Source: an uncultured Bacilli bacterium (lineage in GTDB: Bacteria; Bacillota_I; Bacilli_A; RFN20; CAG-826). From it: a DNA stretch of 64,000 bases. The translations under genes were made by a program, and so were the position numbers. Below the pieces are notes generated by a model. The model made no database searches and was not told the DNA's origin. It was given only the letters and a program-made list of their open reading frames with translations. Within the stretch, counting starts at the first letter, position 1, and the number at the start of each line of letters is the position of its first letter. The stretch lies in assembly GCA_944349595.1 (NCBI GenBank), contig CALVNF010000003.1, positions 19,356 to 83,355 on the forward strand, read 5' to 3'. Shown piece by piece: positions 1-10,083 of this stretch.

Positions 1-739
1 ATTCTCCAGTTTCGGCTTTTTTTTCACAAGTAATTGGATAATATTTATTATCTACTTTAATATAACCACTATAAAGCCATGTTTCTTCATCATCATCTTC
101 TGCAAAATGTGCATCTTCATTAATATATAATGAATAAATAACTACATCATTATTTAAAACATCGCTTCTAACATTAAATGTTTTATTATTGTATGTAAAA
201 TTATCTTCATAAGCTTTTAAATCAAAATTATTATTACTTGAAAATAAAGAATGTACACTTTCAGCAGCTAGATCATAAGCATCTACAACTTTTGTAAAAT
301 AATTTTGATCTATTTTATTATTATTTTCTTTATTAAAACTAGGTTTTTTTGAAAGAATAATTGGATTTAAAGCTTGGATTGTAGAAGATTCATTTCCACT
401 CATTAAAGAAACAATTTCAAAACTTAATAAATTAGCATCATTTTGATTTAAAATTGGAATTAAGTTTCCAGTATTAACACTAATGGTAGAATTATTATTT
501 CCATCATTATCTTTATCATTAAATACAAATGGAAGGGTACAAGCACAAACTAAAGCACCACTACCTAATAAAGAAGATAAAGAAATTAATAATGATTTAT
601 TTTTATTATTGCTCTTTTTAATCTTTTTAGGTTTTTTGATTTCTTGAGCTTTAAATTTTGCTAAAAGATCATCACTATTTAATTTAATTTCATAATTAGA
701 TAATTCATCATGTATTTTTTGTTCGTATTTATCTAACAT
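1..739 (-). CDS. Putative anti-sigma factor / single-pass membrane protein (partial; ATG at 739-737, 3' end runs off window start)
   Basis: Open frame on minus strand from ATG 739 to position 1 with no stop. Translation begins MLDKYEQKIHDELSNYEIKLNSDDLL..., then one hydrophobic segment SLLISLSSLLGSGALVCACTLPFVF, then an N/D/S-rich extracytoplasmic part. Start overlaps the upstream sigma-factor stop by 7 nt (ATGTTAG) with a GGAGG RBS. Not in the ORF track because no stop lies in the window. Confidence 0.5.
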   Translation of the reverse strand, partial: MLDKYEQKIHDELSNYEIKLNSDDLLAKFKAQEIKKPKKIKKSNNKNKSLLISLSSLLGSGALVCACTLPFVFNDKDNDGNNNSTISVNTGNLIPILNQNDANLLSFEIVSLMSGNESSTIQALNPIILSKKPSFNKENNNKIDQNYFTKVVDAYDLAAESVHSLFSSNNNFDLKAYEDNFTYNNKTFNVRSDVLNNDVVIYSLYINEDAHFAEDDDEETWLYSGYIKVDNKYYPITCEKKAETGE

Positions 740-1272
740 AATTCTTCCTCCTTTATTTCTGCTTTTATTTTTTTAAGTGAATTTGAATAAATATAAGTTA
801 CGCTACCAAGTGGAATTTTTAAGTATTTTGATATTTCTTCAAAACCCCATTGTTCCATTACATGTAAGATAAATATATTAAATTCTCTTTCATTTAAAAT
901 TTTTTCAATTCTTGAGGCAAGATCACTTTGGTTAACATGAGATACAATATTATCACCGCTTTTTGAAATATGTATTGTTTCATCGATTTGAATATCTTTC
1001 TTTTTATTTGATTTTAAATAATCAAGAGATATATTTTTTGAAATAACCATCAAAAATCCTAATATATTTTCATTAGGTTTAATCTTATGAATATTATTTA
1101 AAAATCTAATAAACGTATCTTGTAGTAAATCTTCGGCTATTTCTTTATTTTTAACAAATGAATATATGTTAAAAAACAATGGTTTTTTAACATTTTCAAA
1201 TAAAATATGAAAGGCAGATTCATTACCATTTCGATATGATATAACTAAATCTTGAAGCTGTTTGTTTTCCAT
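733..1272 (-). CDS. RNA polymerase sigma factor, sigma-70 family (ECF-like, 179 aa)
   Basis: Region-2-like segment (EIAEDLLQDTFIRF) and region-4 HTH (EISKYLKIPLGSVTYIYSNSLKKIK). Size is typical of ECF sigmas. Followed by an overlapping membrane-protein gene (candidate anti-sigma). Confidence 0.7.
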   Translation of the reverse strand: MENKQLQDLVISYRNGNESAFHILFENVKKPLFFNIYSFVKNKEIAEDLLQDTFIRFLNNIHKIKPNENILGFLMVISKNISLDYLKSNKKKDIQIDETIHISKSGDNIVSHVNQSDLASRIEKILNEREFNIFILHVMEQWGFEEISKYLKIPLGSVTYIYSNSLKKIKAEIKEEELC

Positions 1273-1406
1273 AAAGATCTTTACATTAATAAATACGAAA
1301 CAATTTTAAAAATTATTTGAATATTTTTAAAAATAATTCAAAAATTTTCAAAAATTAATAAATTTTTATATATTTAATTTTAAATAACTAAAAATTTTAG
1401 TTATTT

Positions 1407-2876
1407 TTAGTTATTACGACCAGATTGATTAATTAAATCTCTTAAATAATCTAATCTATTTTCAAAATCATTAAAATCAACTAATTTGAATTCCCAGTTT
1501 GGAGAGCCAATTGTACTTGGTGTATTCATTCTAGCAGAATTGTCTAATGACATAATATCTTGCATTGGTAAAATACAATAATTAGCTTTATTATCTAAAG
1601 CAAGTCTACAAAATGAATAGGCGAAATCAGGATATGAATGATTAAGTCTTTCAAGTTTTGCTCTTACAGCGTTTCTTTCATCATCACTAATACGAGCAAT
1701 CCAACCATTAATAGTTTCATTATCATGAGTTCCAGTATAAATAATTTGATTTTCTTTATCTTTTAAACCATATTCATATTTATATGGCTCAAAAGTAAAT
1801 TGTAATATATTCATACCTGGGAAATTATAGTGATCTCTAAGTACTAATACTGAGTCAACTAAATCACCTAAATCTTCAGCTACAATTTTTACATCTTTAT
1901 ATTTTGCAAATAATGTATCAAAGAATTCATAACCAGGACATTTTTCCCATGTTCCAACTTCAGCTGTAGGACAACTTGCTGGAACTTTCCAATATGTATC
2001 AAATGCTCTAAAATGATCAATTCTAATAATATCAAATAAATTTGCATTAAACATTAATCGATCAATCCAGAATTTAAATCCCGTCTTTTTAATATAATCC
2101 CAGTCATAAATTGGGTTACCCCATCTTTGACCGGTTTTAGAAAAGATATCTGGTGGAACTCCTGCAATAAAAGCAGGATTGTGTTTTTCATCTAATAAGA
2201 AACATTTTTGATTTTCCCATACATCAATTGAGTCAACTCCAACATAAAATGGAATGTCACCCATTATTTCAATACCTTTTGAATTAGCATATTTTTTAAT
2301 ATTTTCAAATTGCTTAAAGGCAATAAATTGATACCAAATTTCTCGATTAATTTTATCTTTATATCGACCTAATTTAAACTTTTTATCATTAATCCATTCT
2401 TGTTGTTCTTTTGGCCATTCTGTCCACATTCTTAAATCGTTTAATTTTTTTAGTGTAACAAAGACAGCATAATTATCAACCCATGGATTTTGTTTATGCC
2501 ATTTTTCTAATTCTTTAAAATTTTCTTTCTTTTTAAAGTTTGAATAAGCAAGTTCGAGCTTCTTTTCTTTATATGCTCTAACTTCTTCATAAAATACTTT
2601 ATTAGCTGATTCATTTAATTTTTCGGTTTTTGTTAATAGTTTTTCTTCTTTTAATATATCAAGAGAAATATAAATTGGATCAATTGCCTTACTTGATAAT
2701 GGTTGATATGGAGAATTACCAAATCCTAATGGATTAAGTGGTAAAATTTGCCATATTTTAAAATTAGCTTTATTTAAATCATCTATAAATCTATAAGCGT
2801 AACCTCCAAAATCTCCAATTCCATAATCACTTGGAAGGGAAGAAATTGCTAACAAAACACCAGCACATCTTTTCAT
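1407..2876 (-). CDS. malQ: 4-alpha-glucanotransferase (amylomaltase, GH77)
   Basis: 489 aa. N-terminus RCAGVLLAISSLPSDYGIGDFG is typical of MalQ, with GH77-like conserved blocks throughout. ATG preceded by GGAGG. Confidence 0.9.
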   Translation of the reverse strand: MKRCAGVLLAISSLPSDYGIGDFGGYAYRFIDDLNKANFKIWQILPLNPLGFGNSPYQPLSSKAIDPIYISLDILKEEKLLTKTEKLNESANKVFYEEVRAYKEKKLELAYSNFKKKENFKELEKWHKQNPWVDNYAVFVTLKKLNDLRMWTEWPKEQQEWINDKKFKLGRYKDKINREIWYQFIAFKQFENIKKYANSKGIEIMGDIPFYVGVDSIDVWENQKCFLLDEKHNPAFIAGVPPDIFSKTGQRWGNPIYDWDYIKKTGFKFWIDRLMFNANLFDIIRIDHFRAFDTYWKVPASCPTAEVGTWEKCPGYEFFDTLFAKYKDVKIVAEDLGDLVDSVLVLRDHYNFPGMNILQFTFEPYKYEYGLKDKENQIIYTGTHDNETINGWIARISDDERNAVRAKLERLNHSYPDFAYSFCRLALDNKANYCILPMQDIMSLDNSARMNTPSTIGSPNWEFKLVDFNDFENRLDYLRDLINQSGRNN

Positions 2877-2902
2877 TAAAAATACCTCCTATTTTTTAAA
2901 AA

Positions 2903-4564
2903 TTAAATAGATTTTGTTAATATTATAGTTGAAAATGGCATAATATTTAAATATTCAAAATCATAAGAAGATTGTTCGTTAATAACTTGAACTTCATCTG
3001 TTAGTGTATATTTATCATATTCTTCTAAATAAGTACTAAGTTTTATATTAAGTCCTTTTTCATAAATATTTGTTAATACAATAATATCATTCCATTCATA
3101 TGAAAATTCTAAACCAAATAAAACTGATGATATTTTAACATAAGATACATTACCATATAAAAATAGATCAGAATATTTATTTCTTAAGTTAATAATCTTT
3201 TTATAATGATATGTAAGACTATTAACATCGTCTTTTAAGTCGTTTGCACCTAATTTAACTTGTAAATTTGAATCATAATTTGCTCCTGGTGGATCAATAG
3301 TTTCATTTTCTTTTTCATCCCCGCCCCAAATCATGTGAAGTCTTCTATTAGCATCAGTATTATTTGTTCCTCTAATTCCACATAATGCGATTTCTTCACC
3401 ATAATAAATAAAAGGATTCCCGGGAGTTAGTAAATACAAACTAGCTAATACTTTTAAATATTGATCTTTATAAGGTCTTCCTGAAAAATATCTTCCAGTT
3501 CGATCCATATCATGATTTGCTATAAAAAATGCTGTATTTGATTCAGGATTATTTGTTCTTACAACTTTTGTAAATTCAACTAAACCTTCATTAACGTTTG
3601 ACAAATTTTTAGTATTAATACTATATGCAAAACTTGGATTATTTCCTTGTGAATATTGGAAAGCAAAGAAAGAATTTCCACTTTTTGAGTATTCTTTAAT
3701 AGTGCCTTCTCCACTCCAAGCTTCGCCTACAATATAACAATCAGAGCGAATTTCTTTTGCACATTGTCTAATATAAGATAGCATTTCAATGTTTTTATCA
3801 GCGCTTTGATAATAATATGTAGTAGCATCTAATCTAAAACCTTTAATACCTTTATTCATCCAAAAATGAATAATGTCTTTAATATCATCTCTAACATCTT
3901 CATTATCAAGATTTAAATCTGGCATTGATGAGTCAAATTGAGATTCATAATATAATCCTTTATGACTTGATTCAGTATATCCAGTTTTACGCTCATTTGA
4001 CCAATTATAATAATCATAATATTGAGAATAAGTATCATTATTAATTTGAGCTTGTAATGAATCAATAAACCACTGATTACTAGTTGATGTATGATTTAAT
4101 ACAAGATCAATAATTATGTCAATTCCTAATTTATCTGCTTCACTAACAAGTGATTCAAAATCAGCAATAGTTCCAAAATCTTTATCAATATTATAATAAT
4201 CAATAACATCATATTTATGATATGAATTACTAGGCATTATAGGAGTTAACCAAATACCATTAATACCTAATTCTTTTAAATAAGGTAATTTTTCTTTAAC
4301 ACCATTTAAATCACCAATTCCATCATTGTTTGAATCATAAAAACTATAAACAAAAATTTCATAAAAAGTCCCAGATTCGTTTTCATAAACAGTTTCTATT
4401 TTTTGATTTGATGGATTAAAATCATACTTTACTTCGCTAGTATTGGATAAGGAATTATTATTAAATGACGTCGTATTAGACGATAAAGAGGTTGTGTCCT
4501 CACCACAACCTCCTAATAATCCAATAATAGCGAGAAATGTAATAAATAAACTTACTTTTCTCAT
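2903..4564 (-). CDS. Secreted GH13 alpha-amylase-family lipoprotein (alpha-amylase / oligo-1,6-glucosidase-like)
   Basis: Track ORF starts at GTG 4603. The more plausible start is ATG 4564 (MRKVSLFITFLAIIGLLGGCGED, lipobox LGGC), which removes the 32-nt overlap with the upstream permease. GH13 blocks present: DLVLNH, GFRLDATTYY, EAWSG, ANHDMDR. Confidence 0.8.
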   Translation of the reverse strand: MRKVSLFITFLAIIGLLGGCGEDTTSLSSNTTSFNNNSLSNTSEVKYDFNPSNQKIETVYENESGTFYEIFVYSFYDSNNDGIGDLNGVKEKLPYLKELGINGIWLTPIMPSNSYHKYDVIDYYNIDKDFGTIADFESLVSEADKLGIDIIIDLVLNHTSTSNQWFIDSLQAQINNDTYSQYYDYYNWSNERKTGYTESSHKGLYYESQFDSSMPDLNLDNEDVRDDIKDIIHFWMNKGIKGFRLDATTYYYQSADKNIEMLSYIRQCAKEIRSDCYIVGEAWSGEGTIKEYSKSGNSFFAFQYSQGNNPSFAYSINTKNLSNVNEGLVEFTKVVRTNNPESNTAFFIANHDMDRTGRYFSGRPYKDQYLKVLASLYLLTPGNPFIYYGEEIALCGIRGTNNTDANRRLHMIWGGDEKENETIDPPGANYDSNLQVKLGANDLKDDVNSLTYHYKKIINLRNKYSDLFLYGNVSYVKISSVLFGLEFSYEWNDIIVLTNIYEKGLNIKLSTYLEEYDKYTLTDEVQVINEQSSYDFEYLNIMPFSTIILTKSI

Positions 4565-4571
4565 ACTTTTA

Positions 4572-5480
4572 TTAACCTTTAACAGCTCCTCCAGTAACAC
4601 CACTTACATAATATTTTTGCAAGAACATAAATAATGCGGTAATTGGTATTGCTATTACAATTGCAGCAGCACAGAATTGTTGCCAATATGTATTTCTGTT
4701 TTGAACACCGGCAATCATTTGATTTAAAACAGTTGCAACAGTACCATTATATGGATGTAAAACATACATATAGCTTGCTGTCATAAAGTCACCCCAAGGG
4801 GCCATAAATGCAAGTAAAGCTGTATAAACAATAATTGGTTTTGAAAGTGGAACAATAATTCTAAAGAATATTTGAACTTGATTTGCTCCATCAATCATGG
4901 CTGCTTCATCAATTGATTTGGAAATTGTATCAAAGAAACCTTTTGATACATAATATCCCATTCCAGCACCGCCGGAATAAATAATAATAAGAGCAATTAA
5001 ATTTTCTTGTAAACCAACTAATTTTGCTAATTGATAAAATACAATTAAGGAAATAAATCCTGGGAACATACCAAGAATTAAGATAATTCTCATCATTAAT
5101 GTTCTTGATTTAAATCTACATCTTGAAAATGCATAAGATGTAAATAATGTTAATAATGTTGAAATAATACAAGAGAATATTGCAACAATTAATGTATTTA
5201 AGAAAGTCATTCCAAAGTTTACTGGATTTGGATTTAAAGGATCTCCATAAACTCTCCAAACACCAACTGTTGAATCAAGTACTCTATTATTAAATAAGTT
5301 GACGTAATTATCAAAAGTCCATTTATCTGGCCAAAACTTTTTTAATCCAGTTAATGCTGCGCCATCATAGTCACCAAAGGATTGCAAGAATAACCAAATA
5401 ATTGGAAGAAGCCAAATAATACACAAAACTGCTAATAAAATATAAATCAATGTATCAGCAATAATTCTTCTAGTTCTCAT
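4572..5480 (-). CDS. Maltodextrin ABC transporter permease, MalG type
   Basis: 302 aa, six predicted TM segments, EAA loop (IDEAAMIDGANQVQIFFRIIVPLSKP). Its ATG overlaps the stop of the upstream permease (ATGA at 5477-5480). Confidence 0.85.
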   Translation of the reverse strand: MRTRRIIADTLIYILLAVLCIIWLLPIIWLFLQSFGDYDGAALTGLKKFWPDKWTFDNYVNLFNNRVLDSTVGVWRVYGDPLNPNPVNFGMTFLNTLIVAIFSCIISTLLTLFTSYAFSRCRFKSRTLMMRIILILGMFPGFISLIVFYQLAKLVGLQENLIALIIIYSGGAGMGYYVSKGFFDTISKSIDEAAMIDGANQVQIFFRIIVPLSKPIIVYTALLAFMAPWGDFMTASYMYVLHPYNGTVATVLNQMIAGVQNRNTYWQQFCAAAIVIAIPITALFMFLQKYYVSGVTGGAVKG

Positions 5481-8400
5481 TGAAATTCATCCTCCCTTTG
5501 AACAGCTCCTAATCTTGAATACATAATTAGTGAGAAGAATGCACAGATTAAGAATATAAATAAACCTAATGCGGAAGATATGTTATATCTACTTCTATCA
5601 CCAGTAGTTAGTGAATACAACCAGTTAATTAACAAGTCTGTTTCTTTAGCATCAAATAAGAATGGACTCTTTGTAATTTCTCCTGTTAAGAAGAATATAA
5701 CGTTGAAGTTATTAATATTTCCAACAAATGTTGTAATTAAGCTTGGTCCGGTAATAAAGAACATGTAAGGAAGTGTGATCTTGAAGAATTGAGTAACTGG
5801 ACTTGCTCCATCAATTCTACTTGATTCATATAAATCACTTGGAATGTTCATTAAAATACCACTACACATTAACATAGTATATGGGACACCAACCCAACAG
5901 TTAATAATAATAATCATAACTTTAGCTAAGTTTGGATCAGCTAAGAATTTAATTGGTGTTTCTAATAAGGCATTAATTGGACCATCAGTTGAGAATATAT
6001 TTGCAACAACCATTAAGGAAATAAACTGAGGAATAGCAATTGTTATAACAAAAATTGTTCTCCATAATTTCTTTAACTTGATTGATTTCTTATTAATTAA
6101 TAAGGATAAAATAATACCTAAGAAATAATTTGTAAATGTTGCAAAAAATGCCCAAATCAAAGTCCAAAGCAATAATGTACCAATTGTAGTTGGAATTCTA
6201 TCAGCACCATAAGTTGTTTGCCAAATTTCTTTTCCAGTAAACATTGCTAGGAAGTTATCAAACCCAATCCATTTAAATAATTGAGGATACATTGTTGTGT
6301 TATCATAATTTGTAAACCCAATTAGTAATGAACAAATTAATGGGAATATTACAACAATTACAGCTCCTAAAACTGGAAGGAATAAAATGATTCCTGAGAA
6401 TTTATCGGTAAGTAAAGAATTGACAGTCTTTTTAAATGGTTTACATTGACCACAATATTCTTCTTCTTGATATCGTGATTTAAAATCATCAACTCTCTTA
6501 TTTAATTTACTAAGGACATAAGCATCTACTAATTCTTCAAGTAATGCATAAGGAATAGTTTGACGATCTGCAATTTGGCCAAGATCAAATTTTTTAACAC
6601 CCATTTTTTTAGCGACTGTCTTTTTGATCTCTTCTAAAGGTATTCCTTCATTTTTCTTAGAGAGAGTATAATTTACGATATTTCTAGCTCTATCAATTAC
6701 ATTTTTATAAGATATTGCAACTGCTTTTGCAACTTCTCTAGAACATGTAAAGTTAGCAATAATATTACTTGTTGCATAATTTACATTTAATGGTTTAGTA
6801 AAATCAAAAACTTCTACTTTTTTATTAACTTTTAATGTTCTAGCGTATGCACTTTTTGCTTGTTGTAATTCTTCGTTCAACATACTCTTGATTAATTTAT
6901 CACTTTGTAAAGAGTTATATTGACCATCTAATTTATTAATTTTGATTTGATAATCATCTTTTAATGTATAAATATCACGATCTAATTTAAGTTTTAAATT
7001 ATAATAATCAGAATTTATTGTTTCTGGATTATTTTTTAATTCATTTAAATCATTTTCATATCGTGCTTTAAGTTCTATAATTTTGTTCTTTTCTTCAACT
7101 CTTAACTTTTTAATTTCGGTTAGAATATCATTTTTCTTTCCAAGGATTCTAGAATATTTATCCTTAATTTGTTGAACTTTTAAATTATAGTCATTTAATT
7201 TTTCTTCATCTGATTTAAAATCATTAACTTCGTTAAAGTTAGTATTTTTCTTATCTAAATTAAAGAAACAGTTTACTACTTCAACTTTTTCATTTGCAAT
7301 ATTTTCATATGCTTTATTAAAATCTAAATAAGTTCTATAAATATTATATTTGTCATATTCAAAGTGATAATTCTTTTCTTCTAATGAGAAGTCTCTCTTG
7401 AAATCATCTTTGACTTTTTTATTACTTGATAATGATTTTTTAATTTCTTCAAGATAACATACAACAAATTGATCTTTAACATTTAAAGATTCATGATCAT
7501 TATTAATCAATTTTACTAAATCTTTATTACCTTCATAAATATTCTTTTTGACAAATGAAGCAGCATCTTTTGAATATTTTGTAAGAATATTTTCATTCCA
7601 TTGATTAAAATCAAAAGCATTACGAACTATAAATTTTGGCTCTTTTACATTAAATAAGTCAAAACAATCTCTAATATTTTTTACATTTAATGTATTGATT
7701 AAGTCAGCGTTTTCTTCATCTTTTTCAAATTGATTAATAACTTTTGCTAATTCAAATTCATAAGATTCTTTGACACTATCTTTTAGTAAAGAATGTCTTT
7801 CACTGACAAATGAATTAACAACATTAAATAATTTATTAAATAATTTTAATTCAGCAAATTTATTGTTTTCAGTAATATTGTAATATCCATTAATTTTAGC
7901 AATAATTTCTGTTTTATTTAATTTTCTAAAATCAAAGAAATTTAAAATATTAAGAGCATCTTTTTCTTTATTAAATTTCTTATATTTAGAAATATGTTTA
8001 ACAGAACCTTCTTTTAAGAATCTATCAAAATCTTGAACAAAATTATCTTTTATCAACTTACTTTCATAATCTTCTGTTTCAAAAACGTTATTGAAATTTT
8101 TGATGTAAGCTAAATAAAGATTAAGAGTTTTACTAGCTTCTGATAAATCAATTCTATATTTACTACTAATCTTATATATAACTTCTTTTTTAGAGATATT
8201 ATTTAGCAATCTTTTATCTAGTTCAAAAAATCCAAGAATCTCTTTAGCATCATTTAAATTAAAATAACTTGGAATATTTGAATAAGAATTTAAAAACTTC
8301 TCAAAATTGCTATCAAAAGTATCAATAAATAATTTAGTCTTTTCTTTTAAAAGATAATTTGTTTTGTAAAATTTATAAAATTTTACATATAAATCATATA

Positions 8401-10015
8401 ATAATTCACTTATATTTGAATCAAAGTCTAATAATCCTTTTAATTTTAAGAAAGTGGATTTTTTATCAAAAAATAATTTTACTTTATAACTAAAATTATC
8501 AAAAGTTAATCCATCTAAAATTGTATCACTGGATAAATCAGTTAAAATATTTCCTTTGTATTCATTTATTTTTTCTAATAAATCATTTTTAAGTAAAATA
8601 ACATTATTTTCTTTAAGGTTATTAATTGCAAAAAACTTGTCTTTTAATACATCTCTAAAGTTAAAATCTGCTTCAATGTTATTTTCTTTTAACAATTTTT
8701 TAAAAGCTTTAACTACAGGATTTAATTCTATTTTAACTAAATTAAATTTTTCATATAAATCATTGTATGAAAGTTTATCAAGATCAAAATAATATTTAAA
8801 AGTAAAATTATAAGCCATTAAAACTTCATTATTAATACCTAAAAGATCAACTTTTTCTTTTAAATATTTAAAAACTTCTTCTTTATATAAATCATTAACA
8901 GTTAATTTTTCGCCTAACTCAAATTTTTTACTATTAACTTCTTTGGTTAAATTTTTGAAATCATATTCTTGTTCAGGTGTTAAAGAAGAAATTATATTTT
9001 TAATTGAATTAGAATCAACGACTTTCAATTTAAATCTAATTTTGATATGTCTAATTAAAGTTTCAAACATATCATCATTAATTAAATTTTTATTTTCAAC
9101 TTCATAATTCTTGAAAAATTCACGGTAAATTAAAGGAATTTCATAAAATAAATTATTAAAATTCTTATAAGAAATTAATGAGGAAGCTTGTTTTGTCAAA
9201 TTAAGATTTTCTCTAAAATATTTATCATTATTTATACAGAATAATCTTCTAACTTTTCCATTTTTTGAAACTCTAACTTGATTTGCTAAATAATCAATTT
9301 TATCTTCATTAAATAATTCACTTACTTCTTTATAACCTTTAGAATATAAATTTCCATATCTAACAATAGTATTATTGTGAGCAGTATTAATATTTCTATA
9401 CCAAATATAAACAAATACTAATGTAAATAATATTGCAATAATACCTAAAATTAAACACAAAATACTATTGTCGCCAGGAGCAATAGTTTCAACACCAGTT
9501 ATTGGATTTGTTACCAAGTGAGGACCTTGAATACCAGGTCCACTCATTCTAACTAAATCGCTAGCACCGGTCAAAATCATATAAACAATATATAAAACTT
9601 CAAAGCCAATATATAAAATACCGTTTAAATATTGTCTATGTGCTAAAGAAGATGTACCCATAACAACATATGAAATTTTTCCATATACATCATCTTCTTT
9701 AAAATATCTGTAAATTTTAATAGTAAAAAATTTGTAAATTCCTACAAAAATACCAACAAAAATTTTTACTATGCCGATTACTATATTTAATAATGCTCTA
9801 CAAACATCTAAAATAATTGACCATAAGAATTTACTAATTTTTATAATAGAATTTAAAAGACCATTAAAGAAAATTTGATACCAACTCATTGGTTCAAACT
9901 CTTCAGAAATAGACATTTGTTTTAAAGCGTTTTGATCAATATGCGAAGATTCATTATAAGCATTTTTATTAGTCGAATTGTTTACTAAAATATTCCTATT
10001 TTTTTTATTTTCCAT
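5477..10015 (-). CDS. MalF-type ABC permease with a ~950-aa internal low-complexity (K/N/E/D/L-rich) insertion (1512 aa)
   Basis: N-terminal ~220 aa: TM bundle homologous to the N-terminal extension of the 481-aa MalF paralog at 23841-25286. C-terminal ~330 aa: canonical MalF core with EAA motif (ESSRIDGASPVTQFFKITLPYM). The segment between (roughly nt 6480-9345) is an uninterrupted low-complexity, coiled-coil-like region. Confidence 0.75.
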   Translation of the reverse strand: MENKKNRNILVNNSTNKNAYNESSHIDQNALKQMSISEEFEPMSWYQIFFNGLLNSIIKISKFLWSIILDVCRALLNIVIGIVKIFVGIFVGIYKFFTIKIYRYFKEDDVYGKISYVVMGTSSLAHRQYLNGILYIGFEVLYIVYMILTGASDLVRMSGPGIQGPHLVTNPITGVETIAPGDNSILCLILGIIAILFTLVFVYIWYRNINTAHNNTIVRYGNLYSKGYKEVSELFNEDKIDYLANQVRVSKNGKVRRLFCINNDKYFRENLNLTKQASSLISYKNFNNLFYEIPLIYREFFKNYEVENKNLINDDMFETLIRHIKIRFKLKVVDSNSIKNIISSLTPEQEYDFKNLTKEVNSKKFELGEKLTVNDLYKEEVFKYLKEKVDLLGINNEVLMAYNFTFKYYFDLDKLSYNDLYEKFNLVKIELNPVVKAFKKLLKENNIEADFNFRDVLKDKFFAINNLKENNVILLKNDLLEKINEYKGNILTDLSSDTILDGLTFDNFSYKVKLFFDKKSTFLKLKGLLDFDSNISELLYDLYVKFYKFYKTNYLLKEKTKLFIDTFDSNFEKFLNSYSNIPSYFNLNDAKEILGFFELDKRLLNNISKKEVIYKISSKYRIDLSEASKTLNLYLAYIKNFNNVFETEDYESKLIKDNFVQDFDRFLKEGSVKHISKYKKFNKEKDALNILNFFDFRKLNKTEIIAKINGYYNITENNKFAELKLFNKLFNVVNSFVSERHSLLKDSVKESYEFELAKVINQFEKDEENADLINTLNVKNIRDCFDLFNVKEPKFIVRNAFDFNQWNENILTKYSKDAASFVKKNIYEGNKDLVKLINNDHESLNVKDQFVVCYLEEIKKSLSSNKKVKDDFKRDFSLEEKNYHFEYDKYNIYRTYLDFNKAYENIANEKVEVVNCFFNLDKKNTNFNEVNDFKSDEEKLNDYNLKVQQIKDKYSRILGKKNDILTEIKKLRVEEKNKIIELKARYENDLNELKNNPETINSDYYNLKLKLDRDIYTLKDDYQIKINKLDGQYNSLQSDKLIKSMLNEELQQAKSAYARTLKVNKKVEVFDFTKPLNVNYATSNIIANFTCSREVAKAVAISYKNVIDRARNIVNYTLSKKNEGIPLEEIKKTVAKKMGVKKFDLGQIADRQTIPYALLEELVDAYVLSKLNKRVDDFKSRYQEEEYCGQCKPFKKTVNSLLTDKFSGIILFLPVLGAVIVVIFPLICSLLIGFTNYDNTTMYPQLFKWIGFDNFLAMFTGKEIWQTTYGADRIPTTIGTLLLWTLIWAFFATFTNYFLGIILSLLINKKSIKLKKLWRTIFVITIAIPQFISLMVVANIFSTDGPINALLETPIKFLADPNLAKVMIIIINCWVGVPYTMLMCSGILMNIPSDLYESSRIDGASPVTQFFKITLPYMFFITGPSLITTFVGNINNFNVIFFLTGEITKSPFLFDAKETDLLINWLYSLTTGDRSRYNISSALGLFIFLICAFFSLIMYSRLGAVQREDEFQ

Positions 10016-10083
10016 AAAACTACCTACCTAATAAAAAAAAGAGAAGAGCACTTATAGTGCTCTTCTTGAAAATAATACTATAT

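Noticed and set aside
1273-1406. ECF-type promoter (GAAC / CGT motifs) upstream of the sigma factor gene
   Set aside because: A GTTTCGTAT string exists, but the -35 and -10 elements are not properly spaced. The region is extremely AT-rich and ambiguous, so no promoter is called.
4443-4634. Plus-strand 63-aa ORF overlapping the amylase/permease junction
   Set aside because: Antisense to two well-supported genes, with no RBS and no homology pattern.
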